64,000 nt of DNA from an uncultured Candidatus Saccharibacteria bacterium (lineage in GTDB: Bacteria; Patescibacteriota; Minisyncoccia; UBA6257; UBA9933), in NCBI GenBank assembly GCA_964453135.1, contig CAYVOL010000001.1, positions 24,895 through 88,894 on the forward strand, read 5' to 3'. Made by a program: the position numbers and the translations under genes. The notes beneath the pieces are model-generated. The model was not told the origin of the DNA, did no database searches, and was given only the letters and a program-made list of their open reading frames with translations. How positions within the stretch are numbered: position 1 is the first letter of the stretch; every line of letters starts with the position of its first letter. Shown piece after piece: positions 55,440 to 64,000 of this stretch.

Positions 55440-56711
55440 TCACACCTCAAACCATCCTTTGATGATATTGTCCTTGACTATTCTTTCCAATTCTTCTTCG
55501 CCGAAGTATTCAATAAAAATTTTATTCCACAAAGATTCCTGATGGTGATAAAGATACTTTATCATTTCTTTTTCCATAACCAAAGACATCGTGGTGTCAA
55601 CGAGATTAAAACTGGCCAAAACATCTATGCCGACATCGCTCTTATAATAATCCCCCACCCAGTTAAGATTTTGCCAAAAAGATAAATCTTTGGAAAATCC
55701 GTCCATTGTCTCGGCAATTTTTACCAGCATTCTTTCCGCCCGCTCCCAATGAAGAGCTTCGGGATTCAAATGCGGCTCAAACAGACGCCAGTCATTTTCG
55801 TCGTCTTTCGCCAAATATCTTTGGACAATCATCCAGCGCGATTTATCTCCGCCAGCCGACGAAGGCAGGTGTTCGTCTAACACGTCGCCTCTTAAAAGAG
55901 AAATGATATTGAGAGCAAAAGAATCGCCGTTGCTGGAAAATTTCCGGAAAAGAGAGGAATAAAAAACAACTTCGTTGAGGTAATGAAGCACCAAAATAAA
56001 CGTTCTCATCAACTCGCCGGGAACATTAAAAGAAATAGGAATAATAAAAATCATTCCCATCTCTTTCAGGTGAGAAATGTTGTGATATTTTTTCTTGACA
56101 AAGCTTTCAGCCGCGGCTACCCACTTTTCCGGCAGGACCTTCAAAATAATTTCCCGTTCTTCAAAATCGGAGGGTTTTAAATTTCCATACTGCTTGAAAA
56201 AAACCTCATTAAGCCATCGGGGGTCTTCCAGAAAACGAAGGGCGCTGAAAATTTCGTAGATATCTTCTTTGGCCAGCAATTCTTCAACATCGCGATATCC
56301 CAAAGTTTTGATGATTTTTTGCGGCGGTTCTTTCTTGAGAAATTCCGTTGCCCGTTCTTTTTTTAAAAAAAATCCCTTGGGCGCTCCTTCCGATTTCAAA
56401 ATTGCTTCAAGAACACGGCGGCAGACTACGGAATACTCGGCCGCTTGCGCCGAGTCCAATTTCAACGCCTTGCTTAACAAATCGTTGTCAGCGCTTATTT
56501 TTTCAATTAAACCGTCGTAAATGGTTTTGGCAGAGACATCGGTCGTTAATCCCAGATCAGCCAGACGATTTTTCATCATCGCTTCGTTTTCTTCCACGAT
56601 TCTGTCAATGACATTTTTCTTGCCGGTTACGGCGGAAAAACGTTCTTCTATCAAACGGATAACATCCCGGTCGCATCTTAAAATTTTGGCAATTCTTTCG
56701 TAAGACTTCAT
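55440..56711 (-). CDS. Conserved-type hypothetical protein
   Basis: 423-aa ORF in operon; KYHNISHLKE, HYLNEV, NPEALHW, YHHQESLWN. Confidence 0.8.
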   Translation of the reverse strand: MKSYERIAKILRCDRDVIRLIEERFSAVTGKKNVIDRIVEENEAMMKNRLADLGLTTDVSAKTIYDGLIEKISADNDLLSKALKLDSAQAAEYSVVCRRVLEAILKSEGAPKGFFLKKERATEFLKKEPPQKIIKTLGYRDVEELLAKEDIYEIFSALRFLEDPRWLNEVFFKQYGNLKPSDFEEREIILKVLPEKWVAAAESFVKKKYHNISHLKEMGMIFIIPISFNVPGELMRTFILVLHYLNEVVFYSSLFRKFSSNGDSFALNIISLLRGDVLDEHLPSSAGGDKSRWMIVQRYLAKDDENDWRLFEPHLNPEALHWERAERMLVKIAETMDGFSKDLSFWQNLNWVGDYYKSDVGIDVLASFNLVDTTMSLVMEKEMIKYLYHHQESLWNKIFIEYFGEEELERIVKDNIIKGWFEV

Positions 56712-56719
56712 AATAAGAA

Positions 56720-57580
56720 TTATTCGTGCTCGGATTTTATCTTTCCTCCTAAAGTGCGCAATTCTTTTAGCGCCTCGCTTGCCTGTTTTTTATTGGGAGG
56801 AATGCCGTGCCATAAATAATCGCGCTCCATGAAACTGACGCCTTTGCCGGGAATGGTATGGGCAATGATGGCGGTGGGTTTTTCAAAAATGGCCTTGGCT
56901 TCCACTACGGCCGAGGCAATTTGTAAAATGTTGTGGCCGTCTACTTCCAAAACATGCCAGTTAAAAGATTCGTATTTGGCGCGCAACGGCTCCAAAGCCA
57001 TCACATCTTCGGTAAATCCGTCAATTTGAATATTGTTGCGATCAATTATTCCTATTAAATTATTCAAGCGATATTTACCGGCCAGCATCACCGCTTCCCA
57101 CATATTTCCCTCCTGATACTCTCCGTCCGACATCAAACAAAAAACATAATGCTTCTCTTTATTAAGTTTGGCGCTCAAAGCCATGCCGATGGATTGAGAC
57201 AAGCCAGAGCCCAATGGCCCGGAAGTGGTTTCTATGCCGGGGAGCGCCTTCCTGTGAGGATGCCCTTGCAAACGGCTTCCTAATTTCCTTAAAGTTTTTA
57301 ATTCTTCCACAGGGAAATATCCGGCGCGGGCCAAAGACGCATAAAGCACAGGACAAATGTGTCCGTTAGATAAAACCACGCGATCCCTTTCCGGCCAGTC
57401 TGGCGTTTTAGGATTATGCCGTAAAATATGAAAATACAAAGCGCTGAAAATATCGGCCATTCCCAAAGGGCCGGCTGAATGACCCGAGCCCGCTTCCAAC
57501 AGCATTTCAATAATATCCTGGCGAAGGACATTGGCCATTTCTTCCAAAAATTTCAATTTTTTGTCGTGTAGAAGTTCCAT
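56720..57580 (-). CDS. Transketolase, N-terminal (TPP-binding) subunit
   Basis: GSGHSAG, DRVVLSNGH, LQGHP, SGPLGSG, SDGE..EG..WEA, WHG. Confidence 0.92.
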   Translation of the reverse strand: MELLHDKKLKFLEEMANVLRQDIIEMLLEAGSGHSAGPLGMADIFSALYFHILRHNPKTPDWPERDRVVLSNGHICPVLYASLARAGYFPVEELKTLRKLGSRLQGHPHRKALPGIETTSGPLGSGLSQSIGMALSAKLNKEKHYVFCLMSDGEYQEGNMWEAVMLAGKYRLNNLIGIIDRNNIQIDGFTEDVMALEPLRAKYESFNWHVLEVDGHNILQIASAVVEAKAIFEKPTAIIAHTIPGKGVSFMERDYLWHGIPPNKKQASEALKELRTLGGKIKSEHE

Positions 57581-57610
57581 TTGGCACAATTCAAATTTCA
57601 AAAGATGCCT

Positions 57611-60142
57611 TTAATTTACAAATTTCAACTCGTTATTTTCCGCCTCCACCCGTACGCTGTCTCCTTTTTTAATTTCTTCGCGCAAAATTTTTTCCGCCAA
57701 AGGACTTTTTATTTTTTCAGAGATGGCGTTTCGTAAAGGACGGGCGCCGAAAACCGGGTCATAGCCTACATTAGCCAGATATTGAATGGAGCTTTCTGAA
57801 AATTCCAGTTTTATTTCCTGATTTTCCAGCAAAGCGGAAGATAATTTTTTCAATTGAATCTCAGTAATTCTCAAAATATCGTTTTGAGACAAATCTCTAA
57901 AAATAATAACATCGGAAAAGCGGTTAAGCAACTCGGGTTTGAAGAATGAAGACAATTTTTTCTTGAATTCTTCTTTAATGTCCACCACTGATTTTCCTTG
58001 CGCCAAAGATTCCTTGATGTAATCGGAGTTGGCGTTGGAGGTGGCAATGATGATGGTGTTTTTGAAGTCCACCGTGCGGCCTAAATTGTCCGTCAAGCGG
58101 CCGTCGTCAAAAACCTGCAAGAACAAATTCAAAACATCGCTGGAGGCTTTTTCAAACTCGTCCAGTAAAATCAAACAATACGGCTTTTGAATGACCGCCT
58201 CGGTCAAACTGCCGAAAATTTTCCCGTCCGGCGAGCCGATAAAACGAATGATGCTCTGCTTGTCCTGGTATTCGGACATATCAAAGCGAACCATCTCCTT
58301 TTCCGATCCGAATTGCGTCTGCGCAAGGATTTTCGCCAGCTCAGTTTTCCCCACACCAGTGGGCCCCACAAACAGAAAAGAAGCAATGGGCCCGGAAGAA
58401 CGGCTCAATCCGCTGCGGTATTCCCGTAAAGATCGGGAAACCGCTTTAACCGCGTCTTCCTGATCAACAAGATTTTGATGGATGATATTTTCCAGATTAA
58501 GAAGATTTTCCGCTTCTTCTTTGGTGGCGCGGTGAATGGGAACATTGACTTTACGCTCGCAAATTTTTATCACCGTTTCTTTGGTTAATACTTTATCACC
58601 CTGCTGATGAACATTCATCAAAGACTCCTGGAGTATATCCAGGGCGCTCGCGGGAAGTTTTTTCTGCGAAAAATAGCGATGCGCCAAAATCACGGCTTCT
58701 TTGATGGCGGAAAAACTGATAACTATCTCGTATTCTTTTTCCAAAATTACCGATTGATAAGTAAGAATTCTGAAGGCGTCGTCTTCGGAAATTTCATTGA
58801 CAATTATTTTCCCAAAAACATCGCTAAAATCCGCCCGTCCCTCAATGCTTTCTTTGTATTCTTGGGGATAAGTGCTGCCGATAACCTGGATGTTATAACT
58901 TTTTATGATGGGCATAAAAGAATCCGCCGCGTTAAGATAAGCCGCGCCGGAAGTCTTGGTAAGATAGTGAATATCAGGAATATACAGCACGATATTTTTG
59001 GAAGACAAAATTTCGTCTGCCACCTCGGCGATTCTTTGAGAAATCTCTTCGGGTGAAGCGCCGGCAATCAGATTTCCGATGCTTAATTCCACCACTCTTT
59101 TATCAAAAAGCGGCGAAGGGACTTTATCTTTGAGGATATTAAAAGCCAGATGTTCCACTAAAGTTTTTTTTCCGCTGCCCGGTTCGCCTACTAAAATTAC
59201 GTTTGGATTGGCCGGACGGGAAAGAATTTCCGTCATTTCCCCATACTCTTTTTCGTGGCCGATTAGAAAACCGGCCCCTCCGCTATAAACCAAATCGGTT
59301 AAGTCAACGCTGAATCTGTCCAGCAGAGGCGTGGGCTGGCTGGTCCAAGCGCGGTTAATGCGGCGGCGGCGAACTCTATGAGAATGAAAGGCGAAGCCGG
59401 CTAAAGTTTTGGGAATTCTCCAAAAAATACTTCCCAAATCATGGCGCTGGAAATGAGAAAAAATCATCGCCTTGGTCAAGTCGCCGCTGTCAACGGAGAA
59501 AATTTTAAAAATCTTATCAACCTCCTTATCCTCGGAAAAACTCAAGGCGCTGAAGAAATCATCCCGGCCGATGTCAGGCATTTGATTAGAGTAAGCGATA
59601 AAAAACGCCTGACTGGCCAGCAATTTCGTTTTCTCCAAAAGCGCCTCTTTGGTTTCATTTTTCAGATTTTTAGCCAAAACAATCTCTTCGTCAATTTTGC
59701 TTTCTATCTCCTCGGGGGAGACTTCCAAATGGCGCAAACCGCCGCGGATGCCCTTGTCTTTGATCAAAACTTTCAGGAAATGAAGATAAAAATTGCCGCC
59801 CGCGGACAAAGTTTTGTCAAAGGATTTTTCTAAAAGCCGGAATCCTTGAGGCTCCAAATAATCCGCTCCGTTAACGCCGGCGAAAGAATGATTTTCCAGT
59901 TCGGAAAAAGAATGAACCGGCCTATTGAGGGAAAACAGCCGATCCGCCAGAAATAAAAGAGACAGAATTCCCAACCATCTCATCCCGTCGATGTCGTTGC
60001 GGAAAATAAACAAAACGGCGCCGATGAAGAATATGGCGTAAAAAGAAAAATAAATAACGCGCCAAAGAAAACGGTTAAAAGAAGAAAATTCCAGGCGCGG
60101 CTCGGAAAAAATAATTTGTTCTGCGGCGGAATTATTCATCAT
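57611..60142 (-). CDS. Membrane-anchored ClpA/ClpB-family AAA+ ATPase
   Basis: Two N-terminal TM; GEPGSGKK; GPTGVGKT; LLDEFEKA; FKPELLNRF; FGARPLR. Confidence 0.88.
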   Translation of the reverse strand: MMNNSAAEQIIFSEPRLEFSSFNRFLWRVIYFSFYAIFFIGAVLFIFRNDIDGMRWLGILSLLFLADRLFSLNRPVHSFSELENHSFAGVNGADYLEPQGFRLLEKSFDKTLSAGGNFYLHFLKVLIKDKGIRGGLRHLEVSPEEIESKIDEEIVLAKNLKNETKEALLEKTKLLASQAFFIAYSNQMPDIGRDDFFSALSFSEDKEVDKIFKIFSVDSGDLTKAMIFSHFQRHDLGSIFWRIPKTLAGFAFHSHRVRRRRINRAWTSQPTPLLDRFSVDLTDLVYSGGAGFLIGHEKEYGEMTEILSRPANPNVILVGEPGSGKKTLVEHLAFNILKDKVPSPLFDKRVVELSIGNLIAGASPEEISQRIAEVADEILSSKNIVLYIPDIHYLTKTSGAAYLNAADSFMPIIKSYNIQVIGSTYPQEYKESIEGRADFSDVFGKIIVNEISEDDAFRILTYQSVILEKEYEIVISFSAIKEAVILAHRYFSQKKLPASALDILQESLMNVHQQGDKVLTKETVIKICERKVNVPIHRATKEEAENLLNLENIIHQNLVDQEDAVKAVSRSLREYRSGLSRSSGPIASFLFVGPTGVGKTELAKILAQTQFGSEKEMVRFDMSEYQDKQSIIRFIGSPDGKIFGSLTEAVIQKPYCLILLDEFEKASSDVLNLFLQVFDDGRLTDNLGRTVDFKNTIIIATSNANSDYIKESLAQGKSVVDIKEEFKKKLSSFFKPELLNRFSDVIIFRDLSQNDILRITEIQLKKLSSALLENQEIKLEFSESSIQYLANVGYDPVFGARPLRNAISEKIKSPLAEKILREEIKKGDSVRVEAENNELKFVN

Positions 60143-60495
60143 AACAATTTATTGTGATTGACCGCTTTAAGAACCAGAAATAAAGGAACAGCGGCCCAGA
60201 TAAGATAAACAACAACGGCCGCGAAAATGATACAAAAATAAATTGAGGCGCCGATTACAATGCGCAAAGTCCTGAAAATAAATCCAAAAATATAACCGCT
60301 GATGGTGCGATCCTGATAAAGCGGCTCCAGCCAATGTTCCAATGTTATTTTCAGAGCAAAGACGCGGTCAAGACGTTCTAAAAAAGAAATAACCTTGTGG
60401 CTGTAAAACTTAAAAAAATCCACGTACCAATGGCGGATAAACTCGGCGATGCGGAAGACGAAACGGTTGAAAGCGTAAATAATCAATTTATCCAT
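60139..60495 (-). CDS. Small membrane protein coupled to the Clp ATPase
   Basis: 4-nt overlap with the ATPase start; PLYQD...GFIFR; hydrophobic C-terminus. Confidence 0.75.
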   Translation of the reverse strand: MDKLIIYAFNRFVFRIAEFIRHWYVDFFKFYSHKVISFLERLDRVFALKITLEHWLEPLYQDRTISGYIFGFIFRTLRIVIGASIYFCIIFAAVVVYLIWAAVPLFLVLKAVNHNKLL

Positions 60496-60541
60496 TTTAA
60501 TTTATTTTACCCTTCTTCGCGCGGCAAATAAAGCCCTTTGG

Positions 60542-60587
60542 ACAGAATATAAAACCCCCCGCCATGGCGGGGGGTTTTATATTCTGT
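60542..60587. terminator. Perfect 46-bp palindrome
   Basis: acagaatataaaaccccccgcca|tggcggggggttttatattctgt. Confidence 0.8.
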
Positions 60588-60605
60588 AAATTCTCTTAAA
60601 GCAAA

Positions 60606-61289
60606 CTATTCGGTCTCTTGTTTGAGCTTATTAATCAAGCTGGCAGCGTAATCCTTGCCCGCCAAACCAAAAGCCAAACCGCCGGCCAAAGCCAACATTG
60701 CCACTATTCCGGTAACGATCGCGTTAAGGATATAAGGGACAATGCCGAATTGTTCCAAAGCGGAAACAAAACCGAAAAAGAAAATAGACCACCAGATAAA
60801 AGTTCCTAAAAATTTAGGAGCGTGAAGTTGAGCGCTGGCAACCGAGGCGGTGATTGTCGTCTTGGCGAATTTCGCCACAGCGAGCGTCGCCACCATTATC
60901 AAAGCGGCTATCGCAAATCTGGGAATATAAGACAACACATCTTCTCTTAAAAAGTCAGAGAATTTTTCCAACCCCACAACATCGGAGGCGGCCAAAAGAA
61001 AAACAACCACGGTAAACCAATAAACTATCCGTCCCAAAAAATGGCCGGAGTTCAATTTGATTCCGCCGCGGGAAGTATATTCTTCCACGCCAAGCTTCTT
61101 TAAAAGCGAATCAATCTTCAGCCCGCGCACCACCTGGTCTACAATCGCTCCCAAAGCCGCCGCCACAATCAACCCGATAATCAAAACTATCAAGGCTCCG
61201 ATAAATTTCGGGATAAACATCACTGTGCCGAACCAGGCGCTGCCGAATGCCGAATAAAGCGCGCCGATCAAAGACTGAATGTATTCCAT
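60606..61289 (-). CDS. Conserved TM-helix repeat protein (CmpX/MscS-TM1-like)
   Basis: FIPKFIGALIVLIIG, YIPRFAIAALI, LALAGGLAFGLAGKD. Confidence 0.85.
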   Translation of the reverse strand: MEYIQSLIGALYSAFGSAWFGTVMFIPKFIGALIVLIIGLIVAAALGAIVDQVVRGLKIDSLLKKLGVEEYTSRGGIKLNSGHFLGRIVYWFTVVVFLLAASDVVGLEKFSDFLREDVLSYIPRFAIAALIMVATLAVAKFAKTTITASVASAQLHAPKFLGTFIWWSIFFFGFVSALEQFGIVPYILNAIVTGIVAMLALAGGLAFGLAGKDYAASLINKLKQETE

Positions 61290-61494
61290 ATTTTCTCTAT
61301 TGTGTTATTCGCGCTGAAAAAAATCAGCGTTTCGACCTTTTAATCAGTTGTCCAGGACGTTCAACAATGCAAACGCCCTTTCAATATTTAATTATAAACA
61401 GAGCATCGGGAAAAAGAAAGGGCAGTTATCAACATTGGGAGTTAGAAATGCTTGTTATAAGTTATTCGCTGCAAACCGCGCATTATAAAATTTT

Positions 61495-61971
61495 TTATTG
61501 TATTTCCGCCAGGTCGCCTATCTGCAAACCATATTTTTCGCGCAGACCGGCATTAACCTCCAAAACATATTGAGCAGGAGAACGGGAAACGTAGGAAGGG
61601 CAAAAAAGCGCGTCCGGGCAAGGCGCGAAGTTTTCTTTGAAATCAACGATTTTTTTGTCCCGCGAAATAAAAATCAGATCAAGGGGAATGAGCGTGTTTT
61701 TCATCCAAAAAGAACGGGGCGCTTCATCGGGAAAAATAAAAAGCATTCCCTTGTCTTCATCTAAAAATTTTTCAAACATCAATCCTTTAGCCCAGCGATA
61801 AGGGTCGGCCGCTATATCTATTTTAATTTCCAGATTTTTTTCGGGAAATTTTATCAGGCGGGCATTTTTTTTGCGGAGAAAGAAATCGGGATGCATAAAA
61901 TAAAAAATCGTAAACATCAGGACAGCTCCGGCAATAATCAGCCCATGCCAAAAAAATTTTTTTAGTTTCAT
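61495..61971 (-). CDS. DUF192 family protein
   Basis: KGLMF, GMLFIF, FWMKNTLIPLDLIFI, YVLEVNAG. Confidence 0.92.
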   Translation of the reverse strand: MKLKKFFWHGLIIAGAVLMFTIFYFMHPDFFLRKKNARLIKFPEKNLEIKIDIAADPYRWAKGLMFEKFLDEDKGMLFIFPDEAPRSFWMKNTLIPLDLIFISRDKKIVDFKENFAPCPDALFCPSYVSRSPAQYVLEVNAGLREKYGLQIGDLAEIQ

Positions 61972-62039
61972 AACATAGTATAAAGGCTGCCTCTGCGAGA
62001 GACAGCCTTGGAATAGGTTGATGGAAATTTACAAAAAAC

Positions 62040-62300
62040 TCACAGGAGCAAGAGGGTAAAGCGGGCGCGATGCATACTGGATGCTTGAATCTTAGCCCGC
62101 GCTTCGGGGTTTTCCCTACAAGGAGAGCAGTACTCGCCTTTGTTGCCGCGGCGCAAGAAAGCGCCACACCCGCGACAACGTTTTTTCTCGCACTCTTCTT
62201 CGCAGGGAGCTACCGAATTGAAAACCAGGCGGTTGCTGAACAAATCCGGCGTGTAAGTAGGCCACTGCCTGTGAACGCTCTTGACCCTTATCGCGTCCAT
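62040..62300 (-). CDS. Small Cys-rich hypothetical protein
   Basis: GGAGGGG before ATG; CRGC...CSPC. Confidence 0.5.
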   Translation of the reverse strand: MDAIRVKSVHRQWPTYTPDLFSNRLVFNSVAPCEEECEKKRCRGCGAFLRRGNKGEYCSPCRENPEARAKIQASSMHRARFTLLLL

Positions 62301-62438
62301 CTCTCCCCTCCATGATTTCTCCGTGATTTCGGAGATTAATATTTACGGCTTATCTTCGCCGCCAAAACGGAGAAGCCAAGCCGCCCGCACTTTTTAAAAT
62401 TTACCTAATATCTACAATGCTGTCAATAGTTATCCGCA

Positions 62439-62473
62439 AAGAAAACTCCCCCGCTAAGCGGGGGAGTTTTCTT
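62439..62473. terminator. Perfect 17-bp inverted repeat
   Basis: aagaaaactcccccgct-a-agcgggggagttttctt. Confidence 0.8.
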
Positions 62474-62501
62474 GTTCAATCTTTTGACTTCTGTGGCTAA
62501 C

Positions 62502-63011
62502 CTATAATATCTCTGCCTTGGCGGATTTAACGCCGAATAGTTTGGCTTGATTGGCGTCAGGCAACCAAATATCTATTCTCTCTTCCGCGTCGTAGCGGGC
62601 GCTCATCGTATCTTCCACCACAAAAATTCTGTTTCCGAAAAGCGCCGGCAGTTTTATTTTAGAACCCATTGGCAGAAAACTGCTGGCAACTACGCCATTT
62701 CTTGTGTAACTGCCTGATGCGGTTATAAAAGGCGTGCTGTCAGTTTCTTCCTTGCGGCTGGTGTAAGCGGTAACCGTCACGTCCATAACTTCGGGCCGCA
62801 AAGCGCTATGGTTAACCTGAGGAAGGATAGTTTGGGACAATAATTCCCCTTCCGGTATTAAAACTCCTCTTTTTGACGAATCGTCTCCGGAAAAAGAAGA
62901 ATTTAGCTGGCTAAAACCAGTAGCCAAGGATAATTCCTTAATGGCAAAGAGCAAGTTAATACTTAACAAAAACGCTATGATCAGGAAGCGTTTATTACTG
63001 TTATCATCCAT
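62502..63011 (-). CDS. 3D-domain (MltA-like) cell-wall protein (start MDDNSNK)
   Basis: TM; VTAYTS..EETDSTPFITASG; VEDTM; RIDIW. Confidence 0.88.
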   Translation of the reverse strand: MDDNSNKRFLIIAFLLSINLLFAIKELSLATGFSQLNSSFSGDDSSKRGVLIPEGELLSQTILPQVNHSALRPEVMDVTVTAYTSRKEETDSTPFITASGSYTRNGVVASSFLPMGSKIKLPALFGNRIFVVEDTMSARYDAEERIDIWLPDANQAKLFGVKSAKAEIL

Positions 63012-63171
63012 GTTAAACAACGGCTGATAAACCGATTTTACGCTTTGTTTATGCGGCTTTTCCGACCAAAAACCGCTCCTGCCCGCCATTGATAAAAACG
63101 CGGGCAATTAAATATCCCCTCTCGGGGATTATAGAGATATTCTACTCTTTGACAGACAAAAGTCAAGAAAG

Positions 63172-63180
63172 TTATCCACA
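63172..63180 (+). promoter_or_regulatory. DnaA box adjacent to the -35 of the 3D-gene promoter
   Basis: Exact TTATCCACA; minus-strand TTGACT-16-TAGAAT at 63166-63139. Confidence 0.6.
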
Positions 63181-63354
63181 GAGCAGTTTTCGGCTTTTGG
63201 CCGTCAGGCCAGACGAATATCAGCCTCCTCCCGCATAAACGGTAAATGCAGATAGCTAGATAACTATTGCGGAAAAAATCATTAGATAAACAAGGCGATG
63301 TTTGGTATAATCAAAAATAATTTTGAAGTAATTTTGCGGAAAACCTGAAAATTT

Positions 63355-64000
63355 ATGCGCTACCGAAGGCAAATTTTTTATCTTTTTCTTTTCCTATTCC
63401 CAATAATAGGCGCGCTGACAACCGCTTATTCGCTGGGCTGGAGAATTAACTGGGACACCTGGAAAATTGAAAAAGTGGGTGGAATTTCCATCAAAACTTC
63501 TCCGCGCGACGTGGTGATAAAGATAAATAATGAAATTTATCCCGATAAATCGGGATTTTTGCAAAGCGAAACAGTTATCACCAACCTCCTGCCTAAAACT
63601 TATCACGTTCAAATATCCAAAGAGGGGTATTATCCGTATTACAAAGAATTGAAAGTAGATCCTGGAATGGTAAGCGGCCTATTGTCTGTCTGGCTGATAC
63701 CGGAGAAAATAAAATTCCAGGAAGTAGTCAAAACGCGAGGAGAAAAAATAGCGGATATTTCGCCAGACGGCTCAAGGTTTATCACTTATAACGCCGCCAA
63801 GAATATTTTTTATTTATATTCAACAGACTCTCCGGAACAAACAACCAATTTAACCGCTCTCCTCGGCAATGTTAAAAAATTGCCTTCGCTTAAAAAAATA
63901 GTGTTTGTTCCAAACCAGCCGGATAATTTTCTTTTTGAGGATGGAAAGTTTTTGAAAATCTACAGCAATGAAGATAAAAAAATAGATGTTATTAATTCCG
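63355..64000 (+). CDS. PEGA-domain membrane protein, runs off window end
   Basis: Read by hand: MRYRRQIFYLFLFLFPIIG...AYSLGWR...GGISIKTSP...NLLPKTYHVQISKEGY; absent from the ORF track because no stop lies in the window. Confidence 0.75.
   Translation, partial: MRYRRQIFYLFLFLFPIIGALTTAYSLGWRINWDTWKIEKVGGISIKTSPRDVVIKINNEIYPDKSGFLQSETVITNLLPKTYHVQISKEGYYPYYKELKVDPGMVSGLLSVWLIPEKIKFQEVVKTRGEKIADISPDGSRFITYNAAKNIFYLYSTDSPEQTTNLTALLGNVKKLPSLKKIVFVPNQPDNFLFEDGKFLKIYSNEDKKIDVINS

Noticed and set aside
62428-63300. Replication origin near the DnaA boxes
   Set aside because: Boxes are single and dispersed over the window; no cluster, no dnaA/dnaN, no clear unwinding element.
1-64000. Alternative genetic code (UGA=Gly as in Gracilibacteria/Absconditabacteria)
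   Set aside because: Conserved genes are full length under the standard code and several (dnaJ, metG) end at TGA in the expected place.

Overview
Chromosomal window of a low-GC bacterium using the standard genetic code. Gene content and style point to Patescibacteria/CPR, Parcubacteria-like (inference from short ProRS, membrane-anchored Clp ATPase, GNVGIGT-repeat surface protein, PEGA/3D proteins and housekeeping genes without Shine-Dalgarno). The backbone is mostly minus-strand housekeeping: HU, rny, pcm, grpE-dnaK-dnaJ, galT, proS, trxB/grx, rnhA, pgk, rplY, fba, ychF, pgi/pmi, rpsI/rplM, metG, trmD, trpS, rnj, dprA-topA, rpmB, khpA, hsp20, prsW, a transketolase N-subunit and 3 tRNAs. I see no rRNA, CRISPR, transposase, integrase or reverse transcriptase. 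The strongest unexplained signals are five. (1) A TGTCAT...ATGACA palindromic repeat family at about 10 loci; several loci carry polar ladders of decaying copies of the repeat's own terminus, one copy sits in frame inside topA, and another is split by a 2.3-kb gene island with a 9-bp duplication. (2) Several other micro-repeat families inserted in frame in core enzymes. (3) An orphan gene whose 3' end has the signature of a DGR variable region. (4) A four-gene cluster: membrane HAMP receptor with no output domain, hemerythrin-like protein, ODP-like di-iron protein and soluble PAS kinase, a candidate O2/NO-sensing system. (5) A 115-nt rod-shaped 6S-like RNA. All alignments and coordinates were made by eye; no database searches were run.
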